Shown here: positions 1 to 10,292 of the stretch, one piece after another
Numbering within the stretch: the first letter of the stretch is position 1
Layout of the letters: each line of letters starts with the position of its first letter
Assembly (NCBI GenBank): GCA_963837955.1
Contig: CAWIPH010000002.1
Coordinates: 384,001 to 448,000, forward strand
DNA from: an uncultured Verrucomicrobiae bacterium
Lineage (GTDB): Bacteria > Verrucomicrobiota > Verrucomicrobiia > Chthoniobacterales > JAFAMB01
Direction of reading: 5' to 3'
DNA: 64,000 bases
Notes under the pieces: model-generated
The model's database searches: none
The model's input: only the letters and a program-made list of their open reading frames with translations
What the model was told of the DNA's origin: nothing
Program-made: the position numbers and the translations under genes

Positions 1-1301
1 TCCATTTGAAAGAGCCCCATTCAATTCGAACGTGAAGTGCCAGTCGTCATCTCCGATAGTACCAATTACAATATGGGTGCGCATAAAGCGACAATCTTTA
101 GCCGCGATATCTTTCCGTTTGGAAAGCTGTTTTACGCGGTCGGAGTGGTCGGGAAAGTAGTCGTCTGAATGGTCATGATGGTATTCAGCGATTACTTCGC
201 CGGTTCTATTGTCTTCTACCTGAAAGTCTAGTGCTGTGTCTTTATCTTTATCATCGTTGTCGGTCTTGAAGGTTACAGATGTAAATGCAAGCATCGTTGG
301 CCCTTGAACTTGAACTCTCACGTCTGCCTGAGCCGTGTCTCCCCCTTTCCCTGTAGCTATTATGTGGTAAATCTTCTCACCGGCTGATGTCGGTTTGATC
401 GTGACGTGGCCGGACAAGGCCATGCTGCCTTCGCTATTCGGTAAACCATTACCTTCGCTGTCAGTCGAGATCTGCACTTTCTCTGACTTGCTGCTATTCC
501 AGCTGATATCAAAGTCTTCATCGAGCAGAAACTTCGATTTAGATGTCTGTGCACTAATTTGTGGTGGATCGTATTTTGCTGGATATGCAGCACAGATTGA
601 CCCGCCGGCATCCGTATTTATAACAACAGAGAGATCCTGATTTTTCTGTCGGGTGATTTGGATCTGATTGTCTACCCCACTTTTGAGGGCGAATCCTTTT
701 TTGAATATATCATTGGCACCGTGTGCGGTCTTAACACCTCCCTGAATGTCTGGTGCCGTACTTAAGTGCAGTGTTCGCGGGGATGCCGCGGGGGCACAAA
801 CCAGCTAACATGAAGTATGGCATTGTCGCTTTGAGCACTTGCTGCAGGAACGACCCAAGCGTGCAACCCGGCTTGGATGCCTGCTGCCGAGCTAGTGGCG
901 ATGCAGAACTCCCATGCTTCAAGAACCTTGGAGTTAACTGTACGGACTATCTTCTGGAAGTTTTCCTGTTTAGATACAGTCCAATTTTTGTACTCGTTAT
1001 GCTGGTTGAACCACGCCTCCTTTTCATTCTTGTCGAATTCGCCATCCACTTTAATGGGGACACCATAGACGATTGCTCCAATGCCAATTCCTGAGTGAAT
1101 GGCTTCGTTGTGGTTGCCAAAATTCATTTGGTATGTCCAAGCTTCGTACGTCTTTTGAACATTAGTGTTTTTGACTGTCCACTGGGTATCAAAGATACCG
1201 TCGTGAAGTACGGCATTGCAGTCTTGCGACTGTGCATTTGCCGTGCTGCGCATTGCAAAGGCTAAGATTACGAGTGCGTGAAAAGAAACCCGAGTTTGCA
1301 T
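1..1301 (-). pseudogene. Frameshifted secreted multidomain protein (runs off window edge)
   Basis: Signal-peptide-like start MQTRVSFHALVILAFAMRSTANAQ at 1301. The frame stops at 762, but a shifted frame entered at the G5 run 790-794 stays open to position 1 (AASPRTLHLSTAPDIQ...TDNDDKDKDT...GDDDWHFTFELNG). Confidence 0.75.
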
Positions 1302-1803
1302 TGTAAGTTTTTCAACTGATGTACCGGCACTCCATGTGACGGGTAGATTTCCGAGTTGTAGGTGTTGACACGACAGACGGGTGAGCGTTTTGGCACAAAG
1401 ATCGGTGCACATTCCAGCACACTCATTCTGACGTTTCTGAAGTATCACTCCCGAATTAGAGAGCCAATACGTCATTGTGCGTATTGACTTCTCGGTTCAA
1501 CCCAAAAAACGTGGAATCTAAAGAATCCCGGAAAATTCCTTTGGTGCTCAGCTCTGGATGAGTTGCCAAGCGGCCTCGCTCTTGGAAGAACACCAAAAAG
1601 AAGAAGTCTTTTTCTGCGAAGAGGATCGCCAAGGCCGAAGCCGGATCTCTGGTTTGGCCGATATTCGGGCGGCACGGCACGGCATTTCGTCAGTTGGAAT
1701 CCCGTTCCAGGCTAGCAAAGCTTACCACTTTCGGTCAACCGGACAAAAGGCGCCAAAGTTTTGGAGGATCAGCAATAACGCTATTAGCCTCGCCTAATTT
1801 AGT

Positions 1804-2002
1804 AGCGTATAACTCCTTTTACGTCTGATATAATTCTCGTTTTCTACGAGCACTTCCGCGAGTCTCGAAAGCTAATGGCTGAAGCCGTCCTGACCTTCGA
1901 CGCGATGAGCGTTATATAAAAGGGTACTTAAAAGCGAGGTTGGTTTACGAGGAAGAAAATAGAAAGTCAGACCGTCTTATAAATCGCTCCTTTTTTATAA
2001 CG
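1804..2002. promoter_or_regulatory. Putative res-type binding sites for the adjacent serine recombinase
   Basis: cgttatataaaagg (1910-1923) and ccttttttataacg (1989-2002) form a 13/14 inverted repeat; a related AT-rich dyad lies near 1805-1830; all directly upstream of the resolvase. Confidence 0.5.
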
Positions 2003-2058
2003 ATTTACTCGACCTCTGAAGCGCTCTTTCCTATACTATAGCATCGTTATAGATTGTT

Positions 2059-2694
2059 ATGGTGAACTCGCAAAAGCTGATTCGTGCCGCCTATTATTTG
2101 AGAGTTAGTACGGAAGCGCAAGAAATTGAGAATCAGCGAGTGGAAATCGCGCCGTTTATCGACCGGCGAGGTTGGAAGCTGGTCTACGCCTTTGAGGACG
2201 TGATGAGTGGTGCAAAGAGGGAGAAGGATCGTCCTGGTTTCGCAGCGATGTTCAAGGCAGCTCATCAAAGAAAGTCCGACATCCTTATCTTTTGGGCTTT
2301 GGATCGCTTGACCCGCGAAGGTACGAGAGCAACGCTTAACTACCTCCAGCGGCTTGAATCGAAAGGGATCGATTACGTTTCCTATCAAGAGCAGTGGCTA
2401 GACTCTACTGGCCCATTCAGAGATGTAATGATTTCGATGTTCGCGACGTTAGCGAAGCAAGAGCGCGCTAGGATATCTGAGCGAACCATTGCTGGTCTTA
2501 AGGTAGCGCGAGCCAAAGGCAAAAACCTCGGGAGACCGCGTCTTCCAGAAGAGACCGTCCGAACCGTCCTTTCGTTAAATAAGGAGGCTGGAATTGGAGC
2601 GCGAAAGATTGCAAAGAGCACTGGATTTCCGCTAGGTACAGTAAGCGCAATTTTGAGCAGATCGCGGCGACAAACCTGTTCGCCAAGCGCGTAA
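2059..2694 (+). CDS. Serine recombinase (resolvase/invertase family) with C-terminal HTH
   Basis: YLRVST (catalytic Ser), SG..DRPG, LDRLTR, ER..I.ERT..GL..ARAKGK.LGRP motifs. Confidence 0.93.
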   Translation: MVNSQKLIRAAYYLRVSTEAQEIENQRVEIAPFIDRRGWKLVYAFEDVMSGAKREKDRPGFAAMFKAAHQRKSDILIFWALDRLTREGTRATLNYLQRLESKGIDYVSYQEQWLDSTGPFRDVMISMFATLAKQERARISERTIAGLKVARAKGKNLGRPRLPEETVRTVLSLNKEAGIGARKIAKSTGFPLGTVSAILSRSRRQTCSPSA

Positions 2695-2712
2695 AAGCTC
2701 CGGATCATAAGC

Positions 2713-2982
2713 TCGCGGCAGATCTCGGGAACTCGGTTCGGAGGCCTATCGCGCAAGGACGCTTGGGCAATGCTAAAACGACGGCTTCGTGATGCAGGGC
2801 TTTCGACTATCTATTCGAATCATCCTTTTCGTGCTGCTGGCATCACCACCTATCTCGAAAACGGTGGCACTCTTGAGATGGCGTAAATAATTGCGGGTCA
2901 TGCCGATAGCCGCACCACCAAACTCTACGACCGGCGTGGGCAGAAAGTCCTACTCGAGGACATGGAGCGGATTCGATACTAA
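2713..2982 (+). pseudogene. C-terminal remnant of a tyrosine recombinase
   Basis: Reads SRKDAWAMLKRRLRDAGLSTIYSNHPFRAAGITTYLENGGTLEMA*IIAGHADSRTTKLYDRR; HxxR, GH and catalytic Y present; in-frame TAA at 2884; no N-terminus. Confidence 0.88.
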
Positions 2983-3449
2983 TGCTGCTTGACGTGTGGC
3001 ATTCGTACGATACAAAACTCTTCATTCCATCCAACTGGGAAACCACATAACACCTACGACCCCACATATCCAAATTGGTTGAAGCAGTATCCATTATACG
3101 TCCAACCTGACGGGGACTGGTTTATACTTCCCGACCCTAAAGGAGATAACTTCGAAAAGTTGGGCCAACCTTTAAAATCCTGCGCACAATTCGGATCATG
3201 AGAGATCCCCATTGATAATAAATTTTCGACTCTTCCAAGAAGGTCGCGGTGCAGGACCGGCACCTCAAGCTGAATATTTCTTCGAATTTGATACCAATCC
3301 CGCGATCTTCCCGAACCTCGACGATCCATCGTCTGCAACCCTTGAGGCCGTGCTGAGAAGGCACGCCGCAAGTTTCTTTTCCAAATACGGCAAGCCGGAT
3401 ATCTTGCTAACGCCGTGCGCCAGCGCGGGCAGCAGGTGCTCGCGACCGC

Positions 3450-6400
3450 CTAGTGATTAGCTTGATCGTTGTTGATGGTGAAGTTGATTGTTGTTGCGTC
3501 GTTGTCGATCGGATCGTCATTCACCACGACCAAGTGATTCCAGCTAATTCCGGCCCCTTTCGCCACATTAGCACCACCGTTTACCGAACCGCCCTCCGTT
3601 TCGTCGTCAAATTCCGATGCTGACCAGGAAACGGTGACGCTTAGGTCTGCATTCAAGTCTATGTCGAAACCAATGTGGGCCCGCGGCGTGAAGTTGGGTG
3701 GACCATCGAAGTCGAGGTGCGCGTGTGAGTGGAATGGCTGCACTTGGGCCGTCTTGGTCTCGGCAAAATAGCTCGGGCTGTGCGCAAACGCCGAACTCCA
3801 GTCAGTCTGCTTTTCAACCCAAATCGTTATCAAACGATAGATCTCAGGAGGCGGCTGCAGCGCGATGGTAACATCGGTAGTCTGGCCGGCATCAATGTGA
3901 ACGTTGACCGTTGCGGAGTTCCAGTAGCCTCCGATGTTCAGGCCCGCAGTTACCTGGTAGTCGCCCGACGGAACGTTGTCGAATTCGAATCGGCCATCGC
4001 TTCGAACAACGACGTCCTGTAAACCGCTGCCGAGCAATGAGACATTTGCTCCGCTCACGTCCGCGTTCGCGGTAACCGTTCCTGTGAGTGTTCCTTTCGT
4101 TGGCACGAGTTTCCATCGGAAGATAGGCACTTGCGCATAGGTTCCGGGACGATAAAATACCTCCTCCACATGCCCATACACGGACCGGAACTGCCCTTGG
4201 TTCCCGCTCCCTGGAGAGTCCCAGAACAATATGTTGTCCGGGCTGACCGAATCTGCAGAGCCTGTCGTCTGCCACGCGTCTTCGTCTACTGTATTGATAT
4301 CGGCCGAGTCGGAGGCAAATGTATTGCAGAGCTGATTGGCTACGGTATCCGGAGCGTCCGTGAATAGTGTTCCGAAGAACCCAGCTGAGTCGTGCGCAGT
4401 GTCATAGACGGTTTGGAACAACCACTTAGCCGCCTTTTGACGCTCTTCCGCCGTGTAAAAATACAGACCGTCGAGTGTGGAAGCGTCCACCGCGGCTCCG
4501 CCGATCACGTCCGTTGGTTCCAGGTCACCAACACCGGTGATCTTGTTCGGACTCTCCAGTTTCACATTGGCATGTTGCGCCGCCAGCCAGATGAAAGATG
4601 AGCACGTGGTTGCTAACGTGCCCTGCGCCCAACCAGAATCGGGCCCTGCAACGCCTTCGGGTCCTAGAGAGATCTCAGGCTTCGTGTAACAATAGAAGCG
4701 ATAGTGCCCCTTGATCGCGAGCGCCGCGTCCGCAATCGCGTGCAGTCTTCCGCGAATAGCGGCTGTCTCGTCGAACGGATTGGGCTTGACAACAATCGGA
4801 TAGATAATGGTGCTGGAATCGCTCAGATCGGGAGCGAATGAGAAGTCGGAGATCCGGTACGGGCCGGTATCGGGCGAGGTGATCCATTCGCCGTAATATG
4901 CGTTGTCAATGCTCTGCGTCACAGTCCCCGGCCATAAATACTTTAGAGCTGCCGGATCGAAACCATCCGTGCCCTTGTGGCCGAGGAAACTACCCGCAAG
5001 ATGATCTTTCAACCAATCATCGGAACCGGTGGAGTGGGTAACCTCAATGTGGTTCTTCGTCATGATGCCGCAGTGAGAATAAAACTGCGCAGGCGTGACC
5101 TGGCGAAGCAGTTGCCCTACCAGGCCTGGCCCGCCGGGATCGAGCAGACAGTCACCCTTTTTGGCATTCAAAATCCGTCCCGGCACGTATCGCCATTGCA
5201 CCTCGGATGTTAACTGACAAACCATCCCGTCAGGGAGCTTGTCCGGCACGTTGTCGGGATCGCATTCCTGCCCAACCACAGGAGTCACTTGGTCGAAGGG
5301 CATCCGGTTGGGATCCAGCAGATTGGCCAACACCGAGGAGAAATTCTGATTTGCTGTGTCGAGCAACTTCTGTGATGCGAGATATGCGGGGGAGCCCGGA
5401 CCCTTCTGCGGAAGACTGCCCGGACTTTGCAACAGGGAGGTCGAGGAATCGGCCGGGGCAGGGCTCGGTGAAAGAACATAGGCGACGCTGGCCCGCCGGT
5501 AATACTCCGCCAAGTCCTGGTGGGTTACCACGGCATTCGTGACGGCAGGAGCGGCGCTCGCAAGTTGCTGCAGCGCACGTGAAGGAGCTGGGTCGGAAAC
5601 GAGGCCACTCCACTGCATCGGCAGTTTCACTTCAATGTAGGCGCTGGATATCGCCGGGAGCTTGGAGCACATTCCGATCCCGCTAAGGTGAATTGCCACG
5701 CCGAAGACGTTCTTGGTGAAGGCCTCTGGCGAGAAGACCCGTGTAACTGTAATAGTGGAGCGAGCTGGAACACGCAGATCCATTGTTGCGAAAGTTGGAG
5801 CCACCTGCGCCTGGATGCTAATAGCTTGGTGCTGAAACGAAGTGGCAACGCTGGTCAGTGCAATTTCGTTCGGCGGCCTACTCGCGGGGTTCTCGGAAAC
5901 ATCAGCAGCCAGCCACTCGTGTTTCTCCGCTGTAAAAGAAATCTCCTCATCTTCCAGGTTGGTTACCGTAAACCGGCAAATCACCTCGCCTACAAAGAAG
6001 AACAGCGTCGGTATGATCAGGGGATTTTGCACGGCGACACGTGGCGTCAATATGCCTCGCCGCATCTTGTTCAGCCCGTAGGTGTTGAAAACGGAAATCG
6101 TCTTCTTCGCGGAGGCGACAAATCCATTTGCGTAGTGCGCGTTCGCCTGAACGTCGAAGCTGGTGTAGAGGCTGTCACGGTCAAGCGCGTCAGTGTAGTC
6201 ATGACCAATGGCGCCGCCCTCGCTGACTCCGGTGCTTCCATCGCCAAAATTCCAAGTATACTGCCGAACGTTTGACAACTCGGCCTCTGCGTTAGCGATC
6301 GAAAACCAGATTGTGCGGGGCTGATAATGGTCCTGTGCGGCCCAAATAATGGGTGGCTTGGCTACGTCTGGATTTAGGATACTTACCTTCACCCTCTCAC

Positions 6401-6608
6401 CCACCTGCTCGATCTTCTTCCCTAATGCTGCGGTTACAACCACAGTGAATGTGCCGGGGTTCCGAAATTGCAAGAATTGATTTGCACCGTAGACGTCATT
6501 GATGCTCACGTCGGCGGCTGGATCCGAGAGTTGTACTTGGACGCGGATGCTCTCTCCCACGGCGGGATTCTTCTTTGAGAGCTTTACTTTCTTGATCAGA
6601 TTAACCAT
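3450..6608 (-). CDS. Large protein: PKD domain + permuted papain-like NlpC/P60 domain + carboxypeptidase-regulatory-like beta-sandwich
   Basis: YTWNFGDG (PKD); KKGDCLL...YSHCGI...HYRF...TTCSSFIW (His-before-Cys permuted papain); GTLTGTV...GANVSL...DGRFEFDNVPSGDYQVTA. Likely start ATG 6608 after GAGG (ORF track start 6644). Confidence 0.8.
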   Translation of the reverse strand: MVNLIKKVKLSKKNPAVGESIRVQVQLSDPAADVSINDVYGANQFLQFRNPGTFTVVVTAALGKKIEQVGERVKVSILNPDVAKPPIIWAAQDHYQPRTIWFSIANAEAELSNVRQYTWNFGDGSTGVSEGGAIGHDYTDALDRDSLYTSFDVQANAHYANGFVASAKKTISVFNTYGLNKMRRGILTPRVAVQNPLIIPTLFFFVGEVICRFTVTNLEDEEISFTAEKHEWLAADVSENPASRPPNEIALTSVATSFQHQAISIQAQVAPTFATMDLRVPARSTITVTRVFSPEAFTKNVFGVAIHLSGIGMCSKLPAISSAYIEVKLPMQWSGLVSDPAPSRALQQLASAAPAVTNAVVTHQDLAEYYRRASVAYVLSPSPAPADSSTSLLQSPGSLPQKGPGSPAYLASQKLLDTANQNFSSVLANLLDPNRMPFDQVTPVVGQECDPDNVPDKLPDGMVCQLTSEVQWRYVPGRILNAKKGDCLLDPGGPGLVGQLLRQVTPAQFYSHCGIMTKNHIEVTHSTGSDDWLKDHLAGSFLGHKGTDGFDPAALKYLWPGTVTQSIDNAYYGEWITSPDTGPYRISDFSFAPDLSDSSTIIYPIVVKPNPFDETAAIRGRLHAIADAALAIKGHYRFYCYTKPEISLGPEGVAGPDSGWAQGTLATTCSSFIWLAAQHANVKLESPNKITGVGDLEPTDVIGGAAVDASTLDGLYFYTAEERQKAAKWLFQTVYDTAHDSAGFFGTLFTDAPDTVANQLCNTFASDSADINTVDEDAWQTTGSADSVSPDNILFWDSPGSGNQGQFRSVYGHVEEVFYRPGTYAQVPIFRWKLVPTKGTLTGTVTANADVSGANVSLLGSGLQDVVVRSDGRFEFDNVPSGDYQVTAGLNIGGYWNSATVNVHIDAGQTTDVTIALQPPPEIYRLITIWVEKQTDWSSAFAHSPSYFAETKTAQVQPFHSHAHLDFDGPPNFTPRAHIGFDIDLNADLSVTVSWSASEFDDETEGGSVNGGANVAKGAGISWNHLVVVNDDPIDNDATTINFTINNDQANH

Positions 6609-6834
6609 GTTGCCACCTCGTCGATATTTATCCCAGGTCATCATACGAACAATGCCGCGCAGTGCTATGCGTCAAACTACGTACGCGCGAGATGATCGAC
6701 AATCGAGAGCTGGACTACCCGGAACTGACGGTTGGCACTCGTTCGCCGAGGTCAGCCAAGCAAGAGTTATTCCCCTGCTAGAAGGGCGTCTGCAGAGTGT
6801 ATTAACCTGTATTGGTTTAGCGTAATTAAGTTAA

Positions 6835-7278
6835 TCACAAGGGAAGGATGACTTCCTCAGCTACACCATCTAAACACATTGCGGTATCGATGAGCTTTGC
6901 GCCTTCTCTCGGCAGAATACCAAAACTCTTGGTTTTGATCGCTACTGTATCGAAGGCTTGTTTCTTCTTACCCGCCATGTTTACAGGAGGCAGGGCCAGG
7001 GTGAATGTCAGACTCCCGGCATCGATGCTCTTTTCCAATGCGACAGTGATGAGGGAGCCAAGAGGGCTGTCTTGGCGTGCAATCTCGTCACCTGAGAAAG
7101 TGAAATTACCTTCGACACCTTGGTACTCGAGTTGCGAGCCTCCCTGAGGGGGGGACCGTAAGGGACCGGGTGCTTGGGGAAAGAATACGACCTTGGTGTT
7201 ACCTTTGTCTTCCTTAAAAGTAAACCTATTTGCACCCTCTGTTGGTTGGGCTGTAGTGGATTGTTCTTGTGAGCTCAT
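6835..7278 (-). CDS. Hypothetical beta-rich protein
   Basis: Clean 147-aa ATG ORF with protein-like composition (LEYQG..FTFSGDEI...LGSLITV.L...TFTL.LP.VN). Confidence 0.75.
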   Translation of the reverse strand: MSSQEQSTTAQPTEGANRFTFKEDKGNTKVVFFPQAPGPLRSPPQGGSQLEYQGVEGNFTFSGDEIARQDSPLGSLITVALEKSIDAGSLTFTLALPPVNMAGKKKQAFDTVAIKTKSFGILPREGAKLIDTAMCLDGVAEEVILPL

Positions 7279-8103
7279 CGTTTGTTCCTAGTTAATAGAT
7301 TTCTGAACGGTCTCTTTACTTGCGAGACGCATGCGTGGGGCCCTCATGCGCTAAGTAGCGCGGCTCATGATACCTACTGTGGAGCGATACCCTGGACCGA
7401 GCGACGCCTAAAAGTACTGGCGCCAGGGGACAAGGAAATCGGACAAATAAGGTTCCCGCTTATAGAAGCCTAAGGCCAGATAAGAAGTCTGTATATACGT
7501 ATTCTTACGTATACGCGCCCAGGTTCAGCCGACTGAAATCCGAATAGTCGGCTATTCGACTACCGTTAGTCAGCGGCTCACAAGAAGCAGGTCCAGTGAT
7601 CTTCTACTGTCAGGTGAAACGTGCTAAATGAACCTTCACTAGCTGACCCACTGGCTCTGAAAGCCAAGCGATTTGGCAAGATTCTCGATGAACTCGAAGG
7701 CCTCATCTCAGATCCACAAAATCCGGTGCCGGGGTTGGAGCGTAGAATCGAACTGCGCACCGGGCGAATATCTGAATCCCATTTGTGTTCCGAAAGGAAC
7801 GCACCGCGAATACCAGATGAGGTGCGGAAGGTAAGCTTCAGATCAGGAAAGCAATAGCCGCTTGTTGTTACCTCGACAAGACGGGTAGTGACGAAATAGA
7901 ACGGTAAGACCGGTTCCGAACTCCACTCCCACTCTTTCGCCATCAGAATGGATGCTTGAGACCTCACAGGACCAGTGGACCCTTTTCACACTGGATTACA
8001 ACTATCCGGGCGGACGTCGGAAAATACCTATACATCGCCGCCTCTGGATGACCATCATCAATTGCGGAATGCGATACAATCTGAAGTAAATGGAATAGTA
8101 AAC

Positions 8104-8521
8104 GATTCAATAGCATCCGTCCTCTAGGTGCGTCCTTACCGTCGCTCTAGACCTACCTATCTTCAAAACCTCATGCTTTGGAGAAAAGTTCAGGAATCTA
8201 CGTTTATCGATGCGACCGTGATAGGAGTGCACGGAGATAGAGACTTGTTGTATCTTGAAGCGCCCGATCAAGAAGCTTTACGGGTTATTCCGTGTCCGCC
8301 CAAATACGAACGCCCGCGTAAAGGTGACCGGGTTAAACTCGAGTTGCGGTTGGAATTGAGTCCAGGTAAAAGACGACGGAGTTGGCGAACGTACATCATC
8401 AGCTTTCCTGGCGACGGCCTGGATCGAGAGAACATTCACGAAGTCACGGATTACGATTCATGATTCGTCAGCCAGAATACGAGAAAGAATGCTAATGGAT
8501 ACGAGCTTCAATGCGAGATTG
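8104..8521 (+). repeat. Direct repeat copy 1 (matches 27348-27764)
   Basis: 8170-8521 appears identical by eye to 27413-27764 (352 bp); the upstream ~65 bp is similar but diverged. Confidence 0.95.
8173..8463 (+). CDS. Small hypothetical protein (possible OB/S1-like fold), copy 1
   Basis: 96 aa MLWRKVQES...; identical copy at 27416-27706. Confidence 0.6.
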   Translation: MLWRKVQESTFIDATVIGVHGDRDLLYLEAPDQEALRVIPCPPKYERPRKGDRVKLELRLELSPGKRRRSWRTYIISFPGDGLDRENIHEVTDYDS

Positions 8522-9344
8522 AGATCGGCGTCGCACAGCGAACCCTGTAAACCAAACCAGTCCAGACAGCTATGAATAACCAATGCAGTGATGTGTGTTG
8601 AGTTCAGCTATGGAGTGTCCAGCGCTGGCCCGGAAAATCCAACCTTTAGCTCTGACTGGGTCGGAGGCTTGAATACTTTACCTAGTTTCACTTCCGACTT
8701 CCGGCGACGACAGTGCGCGACCGGTAATCCTGTTGTCGTTGGACGCTGGCCAATGAGGAGTCAGCCCCCGAAAGGCGATCAGCGATCTCAGGCCGGGAGA
8801 TGAATGCACGGAGCACTAGAAACAAGGAGACGACAAGGCTACAATTTTCGAGGCTAGTCTTTCTTATAGGCGTAGCCGCTGCAAAGAGCATGCGCTTCGA
8901 AAATGAAACCCGGGAACAGCTTCAGGTCGTCCTCGATTTGCTGACAGCTAATCTGACCCCCGGCGACCTAAAAGCACAATGGAGCTGGATTGATTTCGCC
9001 GTTATGGAGACGTCGGTAAACGCGGCCTTCCTCCGACCTGTCAAATCCCGCGAGCGATTCTCGCTTAACTCCTTAGCCGCGAGAACAAATCGACAAGGTA
9101 CTTCCTCTAGGGAGTCGCTTATGCCTTCGCGCGAGTCCGACCTCATCCCCTTCTTCGGCCTGTCGCATAAATCGTTCGTACGCCACCAACGGGTCTTCGG
9201 GTACATTATCCATTGTCATGGACATTGTGCCCTATGGCCGGCATCGAAACGGCGCATGATAATCTCGAGGGTTTAGGTTGTTGGCTCAGTAAGACTCGAT
9301 ACTCAAAGTGTGGTCTCTGCTCCGAAGATTAGTTGTTCGACTGT

Positions 9345-9518
9345 CTAATCTTCGTATCTAATTCGCGTAACCTCTTTACACAACAGCATTCCAAATACTG
9401 CGAATAGTTTGCCATCTGCGTGTGTCTTTAATGGAGCGATTCTAAGTAGCGTACATGTGCTCTTGCGTACCTTACAAATCAGCCATCCGGCTTCGCTGTT
9501 CTTGATTACTAGTGTCAT
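9345..9518 (-). CDS. Small hypothetical protein (57 aa, not in ORF track)
   Basis: GGAGG RBS then ATG; MTLVIKNSEAGWLICKVRK...TRIRYED*. Confidence 0.5.
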   Translation of the reverse strand: MTLVIKNSEAGWLICKVRKSTCTLLRIAPLKTHADGKLFAVFGMLLCKEVTRIRYED

Positions 9519-9542
9519 TTGCCTCCGTTGGAGAAGACCGGA

Positions 9543-9662
9543 TCACCGCAATAAAAGTACTACCACGAGCACAATCAGCCAGACGGGTAAAGTGCAGACA
9601 AAGAGTGAAATCACCGCCAGCACTGCGAAGACACAGAATACCTGAATTAGTAAATTAATCAT
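9543..9662 (-). CDS. Small hydrophobic membrane peptide (39 aa, not in ORF track)
   Basis: GAGG RBS; MINLLIQVFCVFAVLAVISLFVCTLPVWLIVLVVVLLLR*. Confidence 0.55.
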   Translation of the reverse strand: MINLLIQVFCVFAVLAVISLFVCTLPVWLIVLVVVLLLR

Positions 9663-9715
9663 TTGGACCTCTCTAATCTGCCGGTGGGGGGAACGAACAA
9701 GGATTCATCTCTTGA

Positions 9716-10228
9716 TCATCGCAACTCAAAGAGGTAGAGCACTGCCGCCATGCCGTAATCGAGCGGCGGCATCTCGACCGTTTCCAGCTCAGTCGCGTAC
9801 TTGACCATCATCTTGATAAAATATTTGGTGTGCCAAAAGGCTTCTAAAATCGGCTTAGTCTCCACATCCCAATTCGCATTCGTGCGCTCCCCTTGGAAAT
9901 CATGGACGGTTCCGGCCTCTACGATTCGCGCATAGTCGAAGTGTGGTGGATCGGCTTCCCCGCCGATTTCTTTAATAACAGCGAATGCTTCCTTGACCGG
10001 GTCTTGAAGGTAATAAACCTTACAGGACCGGTGGTAAAAACGGTAGACTCCGTCCTCCTCGGTCTCTTCTAGCGTACGAGCTAGTTCTTCTAATTCCGGT
10101 AGCCGCGCTTTGATACGATGGAGTAGCGCATCCGTCCGTTCTCGGTGCGTGCCAGTCTTTATGATCCCTGCCATTTTCTTCAAGTAGCGGTCTTCGGGCG
10201 CTGGTTCCTTTTGGGATGATTCGCTCAT
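9716..10228 (-). CDS. Hypothetical protein
   Basis: Likely ATG 10228 (MSESSQKE); globular-looking sequence (EDGVYRFYH.S.KVY, PILEAFWHTKYF, AAVLYLF.LR). Confidence 0.75.
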   Translation of the reverse strand: MSESSQKEPAPEDRYLKKMAGIIKTGTHRERTDALLHRIKARLPELEELARTLEETEEDGVYRFYHRSCKVYYLQDPVKEAFAVIKEIGGEADPPHFDYARIVEAGTVHDFQGERTNANWDVETKPILEAFWHTKYFIKMMVKYATELETVEMPPLDYGMAAVLYLFELR

Positions 10229-10292
10229 AGTCAGACACTTGCTCGGTTGAAAAGTAGGTTGAGGCGACAGGATTATCGGGATTTGAGTTGGG

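Noticed and set aside
7560..8090. Possible nuclease remnant (VIFYCQVKR) and other short frames
   Set aside because: Too fragmentary to assign.
8588..9276. Overlapping ORFs on both strands
   Set aside because: No recognisable motifs or clear coding strand; probably debris.
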